Assembly: GCA_963845755.1 (NCBI GenBank)
Contig: CAWJTV010000029.1
Location: 288,001-352,000, forward strand
Reading direction: 5' to 3'
Length of the DNA stretch: 64,000 nucleotides
DNA from: an uncultured Planctomycetota bacterium
Lineage (GTDB): Bacteria; Planctomycetota; Planctomycetia; Isosphaerales; Isosphaeraceae
Shown here: piece after piece, positions 32,487 to 43,281 of the stretch
How the letters are laid out: every line of letters begins with the position of its first letter
How positions within the stretch are numbered: position 1 is the first letter of the stretch
Program-made: the position numbers and the translations under genes
Notes under the pieces: generated by a model
The model's input: the letters and a program-made list of their open reading frames with translations, nothing else
Told to the model about the DNA's origin: nothing
The model's database searches: none

Positions 32487-34478
32487 TCAGAACCCCGAGA
32501 GAGTCGATGCAGTCTTTCGCCTCCGCTTCCGGGCCGAAGGCGTTGAGAGGAACCGATATCCGCTAATCGCGATTGCGGCCGCGCCGAGGACCCGGGGAAC
32601 CTCGCCTCCGGGGCGTTCGGATCGGTCCTCGGGGATCGGATCGATCGAGCTCGAGGGGGGAACCGTGGCCGGCTGCGCGGGTCTCGCCTCCAGACCGTCA
32701 CTCGTTGGAAGGTCCGATAACGGATCGGGTGCGATCGATGGCGGAGCCGGCGTTTCCCAGGGGCCCGGTGCGGCCTTGGCCGGGGAAACCTCGGAGGTTG
32801 CCGACGGGCCCTGCTGCTCGACCTCAACGGTGTCCACGAGCGAATCCACGGGAGTGTCGGATCCTGTTGACCACCGGATCGCCTCCGACGGTCCCGAGCG
32901 GCCTTGCCCCAGCGCGTTCGCCGGGACGGCGATCGTCGCGGCCGAAGTCGTGAGCGAGGACGTCGGCTGTGATGGCGAGGAAAGACTCGCGGTGACCTGC
33001 GAGCCGGTGCCCTGTACCGGCAGGGCGGTGAGTGATTGAACCGTTGACGCGGAAGCTGTCGCCGAGGCGACGGTTGTTCCCGTCAAGAGCGCCGAACTGG
33101 AAGTCGTCGAAGACCCGTTCGCGCCGTTCGATGATGAGGTGACGACGACGAAGTGTTGATTCGAGCCCGAATGTGGCGAGGCCGAGGTCGAAGCCGAGGC
33201 AGCCGGTGAGGTGGCCGTTACGCCGCTGGCCGAGAGCAGGTCGGGCACGAGGACGTTGGCCACGGGAGTGCCCAGACCGGTGACCAGGTCGTACCCCGGA
33301 CTCGCGGAATAGCCGTTGAAACCGCTCGTGATGTCGTGGAAGGCATTACTGGGTACGGAGTAGAGCTGGGTCTGCAACTGGTTGGTGCTGAGCGGACCCT
33401 TACCGGCAAGGGCGAGTCCCTGGTCCGTGACGGCCACCAGTCCAGCCCAGGCCGGAGCCGCCGCGCTGGTGCCGCCGACCTCGAACCAGCCCGATTGTCC
33501 GGAGTCGCCGACGGAATCATACACCGCGACGCCGGTGCCCGCGTTGAACGAGACGTCGGGGGTCGTGCGGATGCCGAAGTTCAAGCCGGCCGCGGTCAAT
33601 GTGGCGGCCTGATAGGACGGCATGGCGAGGCTATACCAGTATCCATTATCGAGGCCGCTGAAGCCGCCGGTACTGTCGGTCCAGCCCGTCTCCGAGCTGT
33701 AGGTGTTCCCCGAGCCGACGGTCAAGTCCGTGCCGCCAACCGCCAGGACGTTGGGCGAGACCGAGGGGAACGTCGGACCGGACCAGGCCCCCTGGTCGCC
33801 GGACGCGGCGACGAACGTCTCGTTGGTATGACCCGCCGGAGTCGTGAAAACGTTTTCATTCTCCCACTCGCCGTAATACTCGCTGGTCCCCCAGCTCATC
33901 GAGACCACGCTGACGCCGGGGAGTTTGCTCGCGGCCGTGACGGCACTGTAGAGCGAGTTCAGGCTGGCGCTCGGGGCCTCGACCAGGACGATGTTGGCCC
34001 CGGGCGCCATGGCGTGGGCCCACTCGACGTCCAGTGAGGTCTCAAGGGCCCATCCCGGGTCGGTCGTCGTGGCACCCAGGTTGTCCACCTTGAAGGAGGG
34101 AGGGGCCGAAAGATTGTAGGTCTTGTCGAAGGCGGCGAGGTCCGCCGTGATGTTGGGATCGTTGTAGGCGTCGACGATCGCGATCGTCTGACCTGCCCCA
34201 TTGCCCTTGATGCCGCCGGAGAACGAGATTTGATTGATCCCGTAGGCGCCCTGGACCTCCTGAGGCGTCAAGGCCGAAGATCCGCCGACGGCCATCGACG
34301 TCATGTCGATAGCCGGCTGAGCGGCGATCTGACCCAGATCCGGCACGGTCGTCCCGGTGGAGAGGAGTTGTCGAGTCTCCAGCGACTCGCAGAGGAAGCT
34401 GTATCGCCTGGGCCGACGTGAAGAAAACGAGGCGGGGACATGCCGGTAAACCGTGCGGACCGGGTTGAGCAAGCGCAT
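32487..34478 (-). CDS. S53 (sedolisin-like) peptidase with LETRQLLS motif and Ser/Thr-rich tail
   Basis: ETSLDVE, AASGD, PDVS, GGTSAAAP, GYDLVTGLGTP. Confidence 0.9.
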   Translation of the reverse strand: MRLLNPVRTVYRHVPASFSSRRPRRYSFLCESLETRQLLSTGTTVPDLGQIAAQPAIDMTSMAVGGSSALTPQEVQGAYGINQISFSGGIKGNGAGQTIAIVDAYNDPNITADLAAFDKTYNLSAPPSFKVDNLGATTTDPGWALETSLDVEWAHAMAPGANIVLVEAPSASLNSLYSAVTAASKLPGVSVVSMSWGTSEYYGEWENENVFTTPAGHTNETFVAASGDQGAWSGPTFPSVSPNVLAVGGTDLTVGSGNTYSSETGWTDSTGGFSGLDNGYWYSLAMPSYQAATLTAAGLNFGIRTTPDVSFNAGTGVAVYDSVGDSGQSGWFEVGGTSAAAPAWAGLVAVTDQGLALAGKGPLSTNQLQTQLYSVPSNAFHDITSGFNGYSASPGYDLVTGLGTPVANVLVPDLLSASGVTATSPAASASTSASPHSGSNQHFVVVTSSSNGANGSSTTSSSALLTGTTVASATASASTVQSLTALPVQGTGSQVTASLSSPSQPTSSLTTSAATIAVPANALGQGRSGPSEAIRWSTGSDTPVDSLVDTVEVEQQGPSATSEVSPAKAAPGPWETPAPPSIAPDPLSDLPTSDGLEARPAQPATVPPSSSIDPIPEDRSERPGGEVPRVLGAAAIAISGYRFLSTPSARKRRRKTASTLSGF

Positions 34479-35649
34479 GGTGATCGACCTCACCCTGATG
34501 TCGGTTTCGTGGTTGCAGGTATCGAACTCGATCTCTACCAAGGACGTTGGGCTGATCCTGGGGTGACGACGTCCCGGGTGCTCTCCGCCTCCGACCTGGG
34601 GGGGCTCGTGCCCAGCCAGTTCATTGCAACGCCGCGCGACCCGAGGGCCACGGCATCTCGATCCGAGGTGGAGGCGAGGACCGATCGTCCCGCCCGACGG
34701 TTGGCCAGCCCTATCCAGCGACGGGGATGATTCGGTGCCATCGGGAGGACTATGAAGGAATACGGAAACCATCGGACGAAGCGCGCAAAAAAACTTTCGA
34801 CAAGACTCGGCGATCGGCGATCCGCGATAGGAGTGGTGTGGTGACCGGCCCCGAGAACCCGAGTGAGCATCGGCGATGATCGGGGGCCACACCCGCTCGG
34901 CTCGTTCGTCGCCGACACGGCAGTGCCGACCGCGAATCGTGTCACGGGTTGGCACAAATGGGCAGTGATTTGCCGGGCCGCCCTCGCCGATCTCGCTGGT
35001 CCGAAACGAGTTCGGGATGAGTGCGTCCCGGCGCGGATCGGTCCGGTTGTTGACCCGCGCATTCGGAGGGCGGAAGGCTCCAGTTTGTCCACTAGATCGG
35101 TCTCGGAAGGCCCATGACAGCGCTGGGAGGTGGTACAGCATCGTGCCCTATTTAATAGGATGCCTCAGCTTTGGAAAACCGTTAATGCACCTAGTCCCGA
35201 AATCGGGGATTTGCACTTCCGAACTCTCAATCACGTCAGGGATTACGAAAATCGAAAAAATATTTTTCATGGTGGATTAGGGCCTGGTTCAAGTCGCTCG
35301 GAGCCAGGGTAACACTTTTCGCGATGGACGGCGGCGTTGTTCCGGCCGTAAACTGTGGTCGAGCAAAACTTTCCCGCCAAGCTGGCCTTAGGCTTTACGC
35401 CGCAAAGTGTTACTCGGGTCTGAACCGAGCCCGATTCTCTGTTCCGCTAGCCACCCCGGTCTCCACCTGACGATTCCGGTTGTGCTCCGGATCGCCAACC
35501 TCCGGGCCGCCGCTCTCCGGCCCGCGCCCAGTCATGGGCCTCGGCATGTGCCACGCCGAGCTTCCGATAGCAACGGAGAAGAGTGTGTTTCACCGCCGCT
35601 GCACACCATTCGGCCAAGGGGGTTCCGGCGGGTCGGGCGCGATGAACAA

Positions 35650-35958
35650 CTAAGGGCGATCGGCGGCTTGCTCGTACTTCACCCGCAGCGCGTCGTAGTG
35701 CTCGACCAATTGATCGTACGCCGCGCTGGTCCGGTTGTCGTAGTAAAACGATGAACTCCGCCGATTACTCCGCCGACTCGTCCGGTAATCCTGCTCGTCC
35801 ATGATTGCGGCACTCACCTTTTGTGCGAACATCTCGGCACGTCGCTGGAACGACCCGCGGCGGCGTCGCAGCCCCTCGACGGTCCCCATCACCACGGCCA
35901 GGACCGCCATCGCGACCATCATCCGCCGCACCCTAAACCGCACGCGAGGTAGTGGCAT
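35650..35958 (-). CDS. Small hypothetical protein (planctomycete RF-x-x-R-x-x-M signal-like N-terminus)
   Basis: RFRVRRMMVAMAVLAV, C-terminal KYEQAADRP; RBS GGAGGAGG. Confidence 0.7.
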   Translation of the reverse strand: MPLPRVRFRVRRMMVAMAVLAVVMGTVEGLRRRRGSFQRRAEMFAQKVSAAIMDEQDYRTSRRSNRRSSSFYYDNRTSAAYDQLVEHYDALRVKYEQAADRP

Positions 35959-36451
35959 GGCTGGTGCCTCCTCCCCTACTCAACTCATGGAAGATGCCGC
36001 GTCCTCGGGATCCGAATGAAGTTCGTTGTTTTGGATCTTCTGGAAATCGTGTGGGTAGTTCTCATGGTCTGGAGCTCAGATCCGGCTCGGGTTGCGAGCG
36101 CCAAGGGTCAACCCGTTGAGGGGAAAAACGGGGACATAGCGATTTCATAGATGCTCATTCATTTCTAAAACATCTAAACTAAATCACTCTGTTCTAGTTT
36201 TGCCCGCTGGATCAACGGACGACGAATGAAGCCACGGCCACGATCGCCGCCGCAATCCCGCACGCCGACACCTTCCGCCAGATTCCAAGGCCGATATGCA
36301 TATCCGTTATTCCAAGACTTGTCTCGCCGGACGAATCACTCAGCCTCAACTCGAATTCCTGTCTCTGTCGGTCCTGAAGCCCTCTCGTTACACTAACGCA
36401 AATGCCTTCGATTCTCCACATTTCGGCCTCAAACCGACAAGGAGCCCTTTT

Positions 36452-37774
36452 ATGCGACTCGTCGCGCTATCTGGCTTGCTGATTTGCTCATTGGCTGCCA
36501 CTCTCCGCGCCGCCGGCAACGACGCCGACCGCTTCCTCGAAACCGCGAAGAAATTGATCCAAGCCATCAACAGCGATGACTCGCCCGCCATCCAGGCAAG
36601 CTTCGACGCTCAGATGCAGCAGGCCTTGCCGCCCGACAAGGCCACTCCCTTTTTCCGCGGACTTGTGTCCGCCAAAGGCAAGTTAAAGGAAGCCGGCGTG
36701 CCACAAGTCACCGGTCCCACCGCCATCGTGCGAGTGACGGCCGAGCGCGGAGCCTGGGACTTCAAAATCAGCCTGAATCCCTCGGGCAAGATCGCCGGAC
36801 TGCTCATCACCGAGGCCGCTGCTGAAGCGTCCGCGCCCGCTTCCGCCCAGCGCTTCACCAAGGTGGCCAACAAACTCATTCGGGCGATCAATAGCGACGA
36901 TTCGGCGGCCATCCAGGCAAGCTTCGACGCTCAGATGCAGCAGGCCTTGCCGCCCGACAAGGCCGCTCCCTTTTTCCGCGGACTTGTGTCCGCCAAAGGC
37001 AAGTTAAAAGACGCCGGCGTCCCTCAAGTCACCGGCCCCACCGCCATCGTGCGAGTGACGGCCGAGCGCGGAGCCTGGGATTTCAAAATCACCCTCGACG
37101 CGTCCGACAAGATTTCCGGTCTATCCGTGACCCCGCCCGGTTCCGGTCCGGCGGCCGACTCGACGGCCGTCCCGCGCAGCCGCACCCCCATGCAGCTTCC
37201 GTTTCGAGGCGAGTGGTACGTCTTTGGGGGCGGCGACAACGAAAAGGTCAACAACCATGTCTCCGCGCGTGGCCAGCGCCGCGCCGCCGATATCATTATC
37301 AAAGGTGCCGACGACCTCTCTCACAAAGGTACCGGTCGCCGCAACGAAGATTACTTTGTTTACGGGAAGCAAATCCTGGCCGCAGCCCCCGGCACCGTCG
37401 TCACCGCGATCGACGGCGTCCCCGATAACGAGCCAGGCTCCATGAACCCTTTGTGCGCCGTCGGAAACTGCCTGATCATTGACCAGGGCTCCAACGAGTA
37501 CGCCGTCTACGCGCATCTCAAGCCCGGCTCCCTGCGCGTCCACCGCGGCGACAAGGTCCGCAAGGGCCAGGTGCTCGCCCTCTGCGGCAACAGCGGCAAT
37601 TCCAGCGAGCCCCACCTCCATTTTCATCTGCAGGATAACGCCATCCTTCAGGACGGCGCCGGCATCACTCCCTATTTCACCAACGTCAAGTGCCGCCGCG
37701 GCGATGCCACCCTAACTGATGCCGAATACACCTTCCTCCAAGGCGACCACATTCAGTCCGCAACCAAGAAGTAA
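36452..37774 (+). CDS. M23 peptidase with two duplicated DUF3887-like N-terminal domains
   Basis: Signal peptide; H...AAD, YAHL, GNSGNSSEPHLHF. Confidence 0.88.
   Translation: MRLVALSGLLICSLAATLRAAGNDADRFLETAKKLIQAINSDDSPAIQASFDAQMQQALPPDKATPFFRGLVSAKGKLKEAGVPQVTGPTAIVRVTAERGAWDFKISLNPSGKIAGLLITEAAAEASAPASAQRFTKVANKLIRAINSDDSAAIQASFDAQMQQALPPDKAAPFFRGLVSAKGKLKDAGVPQVTGPTAIVRVTAERGAWDFKITLDASDKISGLSVTPPGSGPAADSTAVPRSRTPMQLPFRGEWYVFGGGDNEKVNNHVSARGQRRAADIIIKGADDLSHKGTGRRNEDYFVYGKQILAAAPGTVVTAIDGVPDNEPGSMNPLCAVGNCLIIDQGSNEYAVYAHLKPGSLRVHRGDKVRKGQVLALCGNSGNSSEPHLHFHLQDNAILQDGAGITPYFTNVKCRRGDATLTDAEYTFLQGDHIQSATKK
36587..37091 (+). repeat. Intragenic near-identical ~184-bp direct repeat (36587-36770 / 36908-37091)
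   Basis: Offset 321 bp with only a handful of mismatches. Confidence 0.92.
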
Positions 37775-37966
37775 CCCAGTCCTGATCACCCTGACCTCTC
37801 GCTCGTGGGTGGCTGGGGACGTATTGCCGTCCTCCGTGGTGAGCCCCATAGGCGTTAACTTAAGGGCCTGATCCGTAAAGGCCGACCGTCGTTTTCCTGG
37901 GGGAATGCCGGCACTCCGCAGGCGATCCCGTTTTGGAGGTGTGATGCCCCGATCGTTGGGAGGGAT

Positions 37967-38105
37967 CTCGTTCCCACGGTCTCCTTGGGAATGCCGCCTG
38001 GGATGCTCTGCGTCCCTCCCACCTGAGTCCTTCCCGCCTCCGCCGGTCGGGTCGGACGACGCGGAGCGTCGAGGACGGCATTCCCACGGGGACCGTGGGA
38101 ACGAG
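37967..38105. repeat. REP-like inverted pair (CTCGTTCCCACG...GGGAATGCCG / CGGCATTCCCACG...GGGAACGAG)
   Basis: Palindromic units in inverted orientation; a related unit lies at 55638-55666. Confidence 0.8.
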
Positions 38106-38327
38106 GGACTCCGGACCCGGGGTGGTCTTGCACGCGACGCCTCGAGAGGCCCAGGCCGGCGATCCGGCCGCCGCGCGGGCCACCTTGCAGCGAGCCAGGC
38201 AATTCATCGTCCGAGGTCATGAGCCGGCGGGCCACCGCCTCGTCGACGAACCTCACCCTCTTGACCGTGTCGAGAAGTGGAGGCGAAATCCCGTCGAGGA
38301 ACCGCAACCGTGTTGAGGTCATGAGCG

Positions 38328-39197
38328 ATGGCAAGCCGCACGCAGCGCGTCGCAATCGCCCGCGAGACGTTGGCGATCCTGGAAGCCGGCGGCTACCGGG
38401 CCCCGACCGGCCGCCAGGTCTCGATCGGCGACCAGCTCGCGTCGGCGCGGGACCGGTCGGTCCTGTACACGCCCGACGGGCACGACGAGGTCGCTCGACG
38501 TTGTACGGCGATCCTCGGCCAGTGCCCCGACCGCCCTCGGGTCGGCTTCGAAACGATCAACGCAACCACGCTGCACGCGATGCGTCGTCTGGTCGCTGAC
38601 GACCCGGGCGCTCGCGTATTGGCCCTGAACTTCGCATCGGCCAGGAACCCGGGTGGAGGATTCCTCAATGGGAGCCAGGCACAGGAGGAGAGCCTGGCGC
38701 GGGCGTCTGGTCTGTACGCCTGCATCAACCCGCTCCAGGCGATGTACGAGGCCAACCGCCGATGCGCCTCCTGCTTCTACACCGATCACATGATCTACTC
38801 GCCCGACGTGCCGGTGTTCCGGGACCATGACGATGTCCTCCTGGACGAGCCCTATCCGGTCTCATTCGTCACCGCACCGGCCGTGAACGCCGGAGTGGTC
38901 CGCATCAAGGAACCGCGGGACGTGGTCCGGATCGAACCGGTGATGCTCGCCCGCATCGAGAAGGTCCTATCTCTTGCGGTCGTGAACGGTCACGACATGC
39001 TGGTGCTGGGGGCCTGGGGATGCGGCGTCTTCGGCAACGACCCGAGGCAAGTCGCCGGCGGCTTCGCGCGGCACCTCACCGGCGAGGGGGGGTTCCGCTC
39101 GGCATTCCGCAGGGTCATCTTCGCCGTGCTTGATCGGACACCCGAACGGTCAACGATCGCGCCATTCGAGCATCACTTCGGCTCGGCGAACTCTTGA
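38328..39197 (+). CDS. TIGR02452 / microbial PARG-like protein
   Basis: LNFASARNPGGGFLNGSQAQEESL, IYSPDVPVFR, LGAWGCGVFGN. Confidence 0.92.
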   Translation: MASRTQRVAIARETLAILEAGGYRAPTGRQVSIGDQLASARDRSVLYTPDGHDEVARRCTAILGQCPDRPRVGFETINATTLHAMRRLVADDPGARVLALNFASARNPGGGFLNGSQAQEESLARASGLYACINPLQAMYEANRRCASCFYTDHMIYSPDVPVFRDHDDVLLDEPYPVSFVTAPAVNAGVVRIKEPRDVVRIEPVMLARIEKVLSLAVVNGHDMLVLGAWGCGVFGNDPRQVAGGFARHLTGEGGFRSAFRRVIFAVLDRTPERSTIAPFEHHFGSANS

Positions 39198-39299
39198 CGG
39201 TGAGCCGCCCTCGACGCCCGACTCGCGGCAGCGCCCGGGGAGCCCGATCGGGAATCCGGAGTCTTGAATCGCTCCCGGTCAACTCTCGACTCTCGACAA

Positions 39300-39690
39300 T
39301 GTCCCGATCCACGCACCGCCATCGCCGAGGAACGCGCGGGCCTGCGCCGCGAAGAAGTTCCGCCGCTGCGCCTCGGCTGCCACCATCGGGCCGAACGCCT
39401 CGCTCGAAGCCAGCGTGGCCTGGCACGTCCGCACCAGCGGCTCGGGCGGCCACGCGGTCCCTCCTCGTCCGCCGCCGGCTCGAAGACGGTCAAAGCCGGC
39501 GGCGCTTCATCGCCGGGATCGGTCACGTCGTCCAGCGCCCCTTGACCGCTGACCCCTTGGACCAGTTCGACGACCTCGCGCTTCCGGGTGAAGCACCGCG
39601 GCAGCTCGGGATGGGGGTCCTGCTCATGGACCTCGGTGTGCATCGTCAAGAGGTTCGCGACCTTGTCCTCGCGCCACGCCGGGTCGGCCG
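39300..39690 (-). mobile_element. Degenerate ISKra4-like transposase fragment
   Basis: WREDKVANLLTM...DPHPELPRCF and, in the next frame, WPPEPLVRTCQATL...FGPMVAAEAQRRNFF...AFLGDGGAW align with the intact transposase at 51179-52321. Confidence 0.85.
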
Positions 39691-39963
39691 GCGGGCTGAT
39701 CGCAACTGGGTGTTGACGGAACCGCTGGGCAGCCCTATGATCAACGACGGCCTGGGAGGATAGGGCTTCATGGCGATACGCCTCGAGCGCACGACCCATG
39801 GTCAAGACCGAAGGGGGGCAGCACGATGCGGTCCGGTCTTTCCCCTTCGGGATTGGAACCCAGGCGGCAAATCGACCCCATCTGTTCCCAAGTGCACTCT
39901 GCCTTATCTCCCAACCCCGGTTTCTCCATCTCACGCTGAACCACGACACGGGCACGGGGAATT

Positions 39964-39979
39964 CGGCACAAGACTTGCT
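39964..39979 (+). promoter_or_regulatory. Sigma-54 promoter upstream of the PEP-CTERM gene
   Basis: CGGCACAAGACTTGCT = GG-N10-GC with TTGC. Confidence 0.7.
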
Positions 39980-40153
39980 AATTTTTTCGTCGGCGGGCGT
40001 CGTGTCTGGCAGCCCGCGGCGACCCCGAGTTGACGACCACCGCGACATCTCCAGTTTTCCGGCGAGAAGAGGCACCTCCAGGTTTCGGCGGACGCTCGGG
40101 TCGGACCTCGGCACGGGACTCCCGAATCATCCGGATTGGGAAGGATCGCTCTG

Positions 40154-41038
40154 ATGCCTCGGCAGATAAACGCCTTCGCGCTCTCGTTCCTGGCCGTCTG
40201 CTGGCTTTGCCATCACCCCGCGGCCGGGGGTCAGGTCAGTACTCCGCTCCAGACCCGGTCCATCCCGATGACGCCGACCGATTGGGGCGCGGGAACGATC
40301 GGCGTCCCGGATCCCCTCAACTTTCAGCGGTTCGACCCCAGCCTGGGCACCTTGACCGACGTCGAGATCACGCTGAGCCTGACTATTCGCAATGATTACA
40401 TGTTGGTCTTCCCCTCAACGCCCACTCCCACGACGCTCTACCTCGCGACGTCTCAGACCACAGACCCCAGCGTACTGGCCAACCCAAGCCTGGTCCGGCA
40501 ACTTACGGATGGTCCGAGGGAGACGTTGATGGCTCCCGACGGCATCACAACGATCTTCGGCGGCTCGGCAACGACGCTGCCGGTCGATGTCGTGTCCCTG
40601 ACCGAGCCAGGCGGCACCTGGTCGTCGATGCTGCCAGTCACCGACCCGCATTTCATCGCTCCTTCGATCGTCAACCTCACGCTCACGCGCACGCTCGATG
40701 CTTCCACGGCTTCGCTGCTAGCGGAATTCATCGGGAGCGGCGGGGGCGGGATCGATCTGAGCGACACGGCGGTCGCCAACTCGAGCTTCTACTCCAACAG
40801 CGGCAATGGCGGCGGTATGGTCCTGACCAGCGCCAGCGCGACCGTCACGATCCAGTACTCGTACATCCCCAGTGTGGCCTCGATCCCCGAACCCTCGAGT
40901 CTCGTCCTGCTGGGTCTGGGAGCGGGTATCACCCTCCTCGCCGCCGGGCGTCGTCTGCCGCACTGCGGGCCCCGCCCGGAGCGATCGCGCGTGAACGGAT
41001 CGCGGTCGGCCCGGTCTGCGGTCCTCTCATCGGGATGA
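40154..41038 (+). CDS. PEP-CTERM protein with choice-of-anchor-E-like domain
   Basis: Signal peptide; FQRFDPSLGTLTDV; VTIQYSY; IPEPSSLVLLGLGAG...GRR. Confidence 0.88.
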   Translation: MPRQINAFALSFLAVCWLCHHPAAGGQVSTPLQTRSIPMTPTDWGAGTIGVPDPLNFQRFDPSLGTLTDVEITLSLTIRNDYMLVFPSTPTPTTLYLATSQTTDPSVLANPSLVRQLTDGPRETLMAPDGITTIFGGSATTLPVDVVSLTEPGGTWSSMLPVTDPHFIAPSIVNLTLTRTLDASTASLLAEFIGSGGGGIDLSDTAVANSSFYSNSGNGGGMVLTSASATVTIQYSYIPSVASIPEPSSLVLLGLGAGITLLAAGRRLPHCGPRPERSRVNGSRSARSAVLSSG

Positions 41039-41543
41039 CGGCCGCCGCGACCGGGCCGACCGGATCCGGATGCCGGCCGCGATCGGCTGGCCCGAGATTT
41101 CCGCATCATGCGGCATCGACGCGGCCGTCTTTTCGGGTCGGACGAGACGGTGCGGCGGACGCCGACTCGATTCCGGAGTTCGACTGATGCACCACGTCTC
41201 CCCGGACCGACTTAGTGAGCCGGAGGAGCAACCGACAGCGCTCCTCGGTCCGTCCGCCCTCGGTGGCGGGCCCTGCTTGATGAATTGAGGACGGGACCGG
41301 CGTCGAAGGTCCGTTTCGACATTGGTCACGGGATAGAGACGGGTCCCCGCCCAGGGAGGGGAGATCGACCCGTCATCGACCTCGGCCCGACGGGGCCAGG
41401 GCCGTTCTAGCGGCACCGGTGCGCCGGGGACGTGTCGGGAGAGCCGAGCGTCCTGCGCCCGACGGAGGCGACTTCGAGGTGCCGGCCGGCTCATTCCTCA
41501 ATCACGTGGACCGCCCGATCGGTCCATCGCAGGGGCCATCACC

Positions 41544-42779
41544 ATGCGCGCGGCGGGTTGGATATGGTTGGTGCAGCTCTTTCGACGCCTCTGCGTACCG
41601 GCCAAGGGGTCGCGCGTCCGCGCCGCGAAACTGCGGAAGACGACGCCGGTTATCGAGTCCCTGGAGCTGATCTCCCTGCTGAGCGCGGGCGGCTCGCCGA
41701 TCCGCGCTGCCGCGGCGCGACTGCATGACTCCAGGCACGTCCAGATCGCCGCGCCAGTCGCCGGCACGCACGGCACCGAACGGAACGGCATGGCGGTCGG
41801 CGCGACGCTCCAGACCCTGCCGGCGCAGACGGCGTCGCTCGGCAATACCCAGACCAACTTCACCAATCAGCCGCTCTCGCCGGCCTTGAATCTGTTCAAT
41901 CCCTCGCTGGGGACGCTGGCCTCCGTGGCGGTGGTCCAGTCGGCGACCCTCCAGAGCAACATCACGTCGCAGAACCTCAGCACCACGTCGCCGACGGTCA
42001 TCACCGCCAGCCTCTCCGGCAGCTACCAGCTCAACGGCCTCAACCAGCCGATCGTGCAGCCGACCGAGACGACGTCCAGCCCGCCCATGGCCGCGGGGGT
42101 GCTCGGATCGGGAAGCAATACCGTCACGTTCCCCGCCCTCCAGCTTACCGGCTCCTCGACGACGGTGTTCTCCGACCCCGCCAGCCTGGCGTTCTTCACC
42201 GCCTCGTCCGGCCGGACGACCATCACCCCGACGATGACGGCGACCGCTTCCGCCTCCGCGAGCGCCCCCAATGGCAACCTGTTCACGACCACCCAGTCCT
42301 CGGCGTCGTCAACGGTGACCGTCAGCTACACGTACCTCCCCCCCTCCTGTCCGACCATCGGGACGATCGGCCGGATCGGCGTGCACCACCAGCGGACGCT
42401 GCTCGTCGTCCCGTTCCACGGCACCGTCAACCCGACCCTCGCCGGGACTCCCGGCGACTACAAGGTGATCACGCGGACGGGCAAGAAGATCCCCATCATC
42501 TCGGCCGACTACAACCCCGCCACCAATTCGGTTACCCTGAGGCCCGCGGTGAGGCTCAACGTGCATTATCGCTTCAAGCTCTCGGCAAGGGTCCCGTGCC
42601 CCGTTAATGCCGGCAGCGAGGTCGTGACCATCCCCTTCGGCACGAAGTATTCCCTCATCGGATTCCACAACCACCGGGGCCAGTTCGTCCCTGTGCACAA
42701 CGGCAAGATCGAGAGGCCCGACCCCCGCCGCCGGTTGCATCGGCCGGGCTCGGTCCGATCGACCTCGTCTCGACCGTGA
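41544..42779 (+). CDS. Secreted protein with ESLELISLLS motif, choice-of-anchor-E-like domain and C-terminal extra domain
   Basis: LFNPSLGTLASV, LAFFT, VTVSYTY shared with neighbours; ADYNPATNSVTLRP. Confidence 0.78.
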   Translation: MRAAGWIWLVQLFRRLCVPAKGSRVRAAKLRKTTPVIESLELISLLSAGGSPIRAAAARLHDSRHVQIAAPVAGTHGTERNGMAVGATLQTLPAQTASLGNTQTNFTNQPLSPALNLFNPSLGTLASVAVVQSATLQSNITSQNLSTTSPTVITASLSGSYQLNGLNQPIVQPTETTSSPPMAAGVLGSGSNTVTFPALQLTGSSTTVFSDPASLAFFTASSGRTTITPTMTATASASASAPNGNLFTTTQSSASSTVTVSYTYLPPSCPTIGTIGRIGVHHQRTLLVVPFHGTVNPTLAGTPGDYKVITRTGKKIPIISADYNPATNSVTLRPAVRLNVHYRFKLSARVPCPVNAGSEVVTIPFGTKYSLIGFHNHRGQFVPVHNGKIERPDPRRRLHRPGSVRSTSSRP

Positions 42780-43281
42780 GCCAGATTCCTTCGAGCGCCT
42801 TTCGATTTTTCGCCGGGAGTCGGGTTGACGCGCTGCCGCGTTCCGGCTATTCATGCCGCCGGTGACGATCCACGACCCGACATGGAGGTCGCGGGGATCG
42901 GGGCGCCCGGGGATCTCCGAGGTTTTTTTGACGTCTCCCCGGTGGCGTCCTAGGTTGTCTCATAGAGGGATTGCACACGCGCCCAAGAATCGAGACCGCT
43001 CCCATTCCGCGGCTTGTGCTCCGTCATGCGTGGACCACTGGAGATGGTTGAACACTGATCGATGGCGATCCTCGGGCCGTCGATTCGCTCAGCCCGGATG
43101 ACGATTGCTTCCTTGCGGGCGATCCCCAGGGTCTGCTTCGGGGTGGGCTGACCAGGACGTTGACCTCGTGCTCACAGACTGAACTCGCTTGCCAGGCGTG
43201 GCTCCCCGCGGACCATCCCCGGATCGCACTCCGCGCGATGCTCGAACTGGAGGGGGAGCCTCCGTAGCCAAGGACTCCAAG

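Noticed and set aside
34479..35141. 221-aa N-terminal extension of the S53 ORF
   Set aside because: Arg/Pro-rich non-protein-like translation; the family-typical start is MRLLNP at 34478
35358..35435. GCAAA...CGCAAAG...GGGTCTGA resembling a c-di-GMP-I riboswitch
   Set aside because: No GNRA-capped P2 stem and no co-oriented gene directly downstream; would need an Rfam scan
36212..36421. 69-aa minus-strand ORF with a hydrophobic end
   Set aside because: No recognisable motif; lies in the upstream region of the M23 gene
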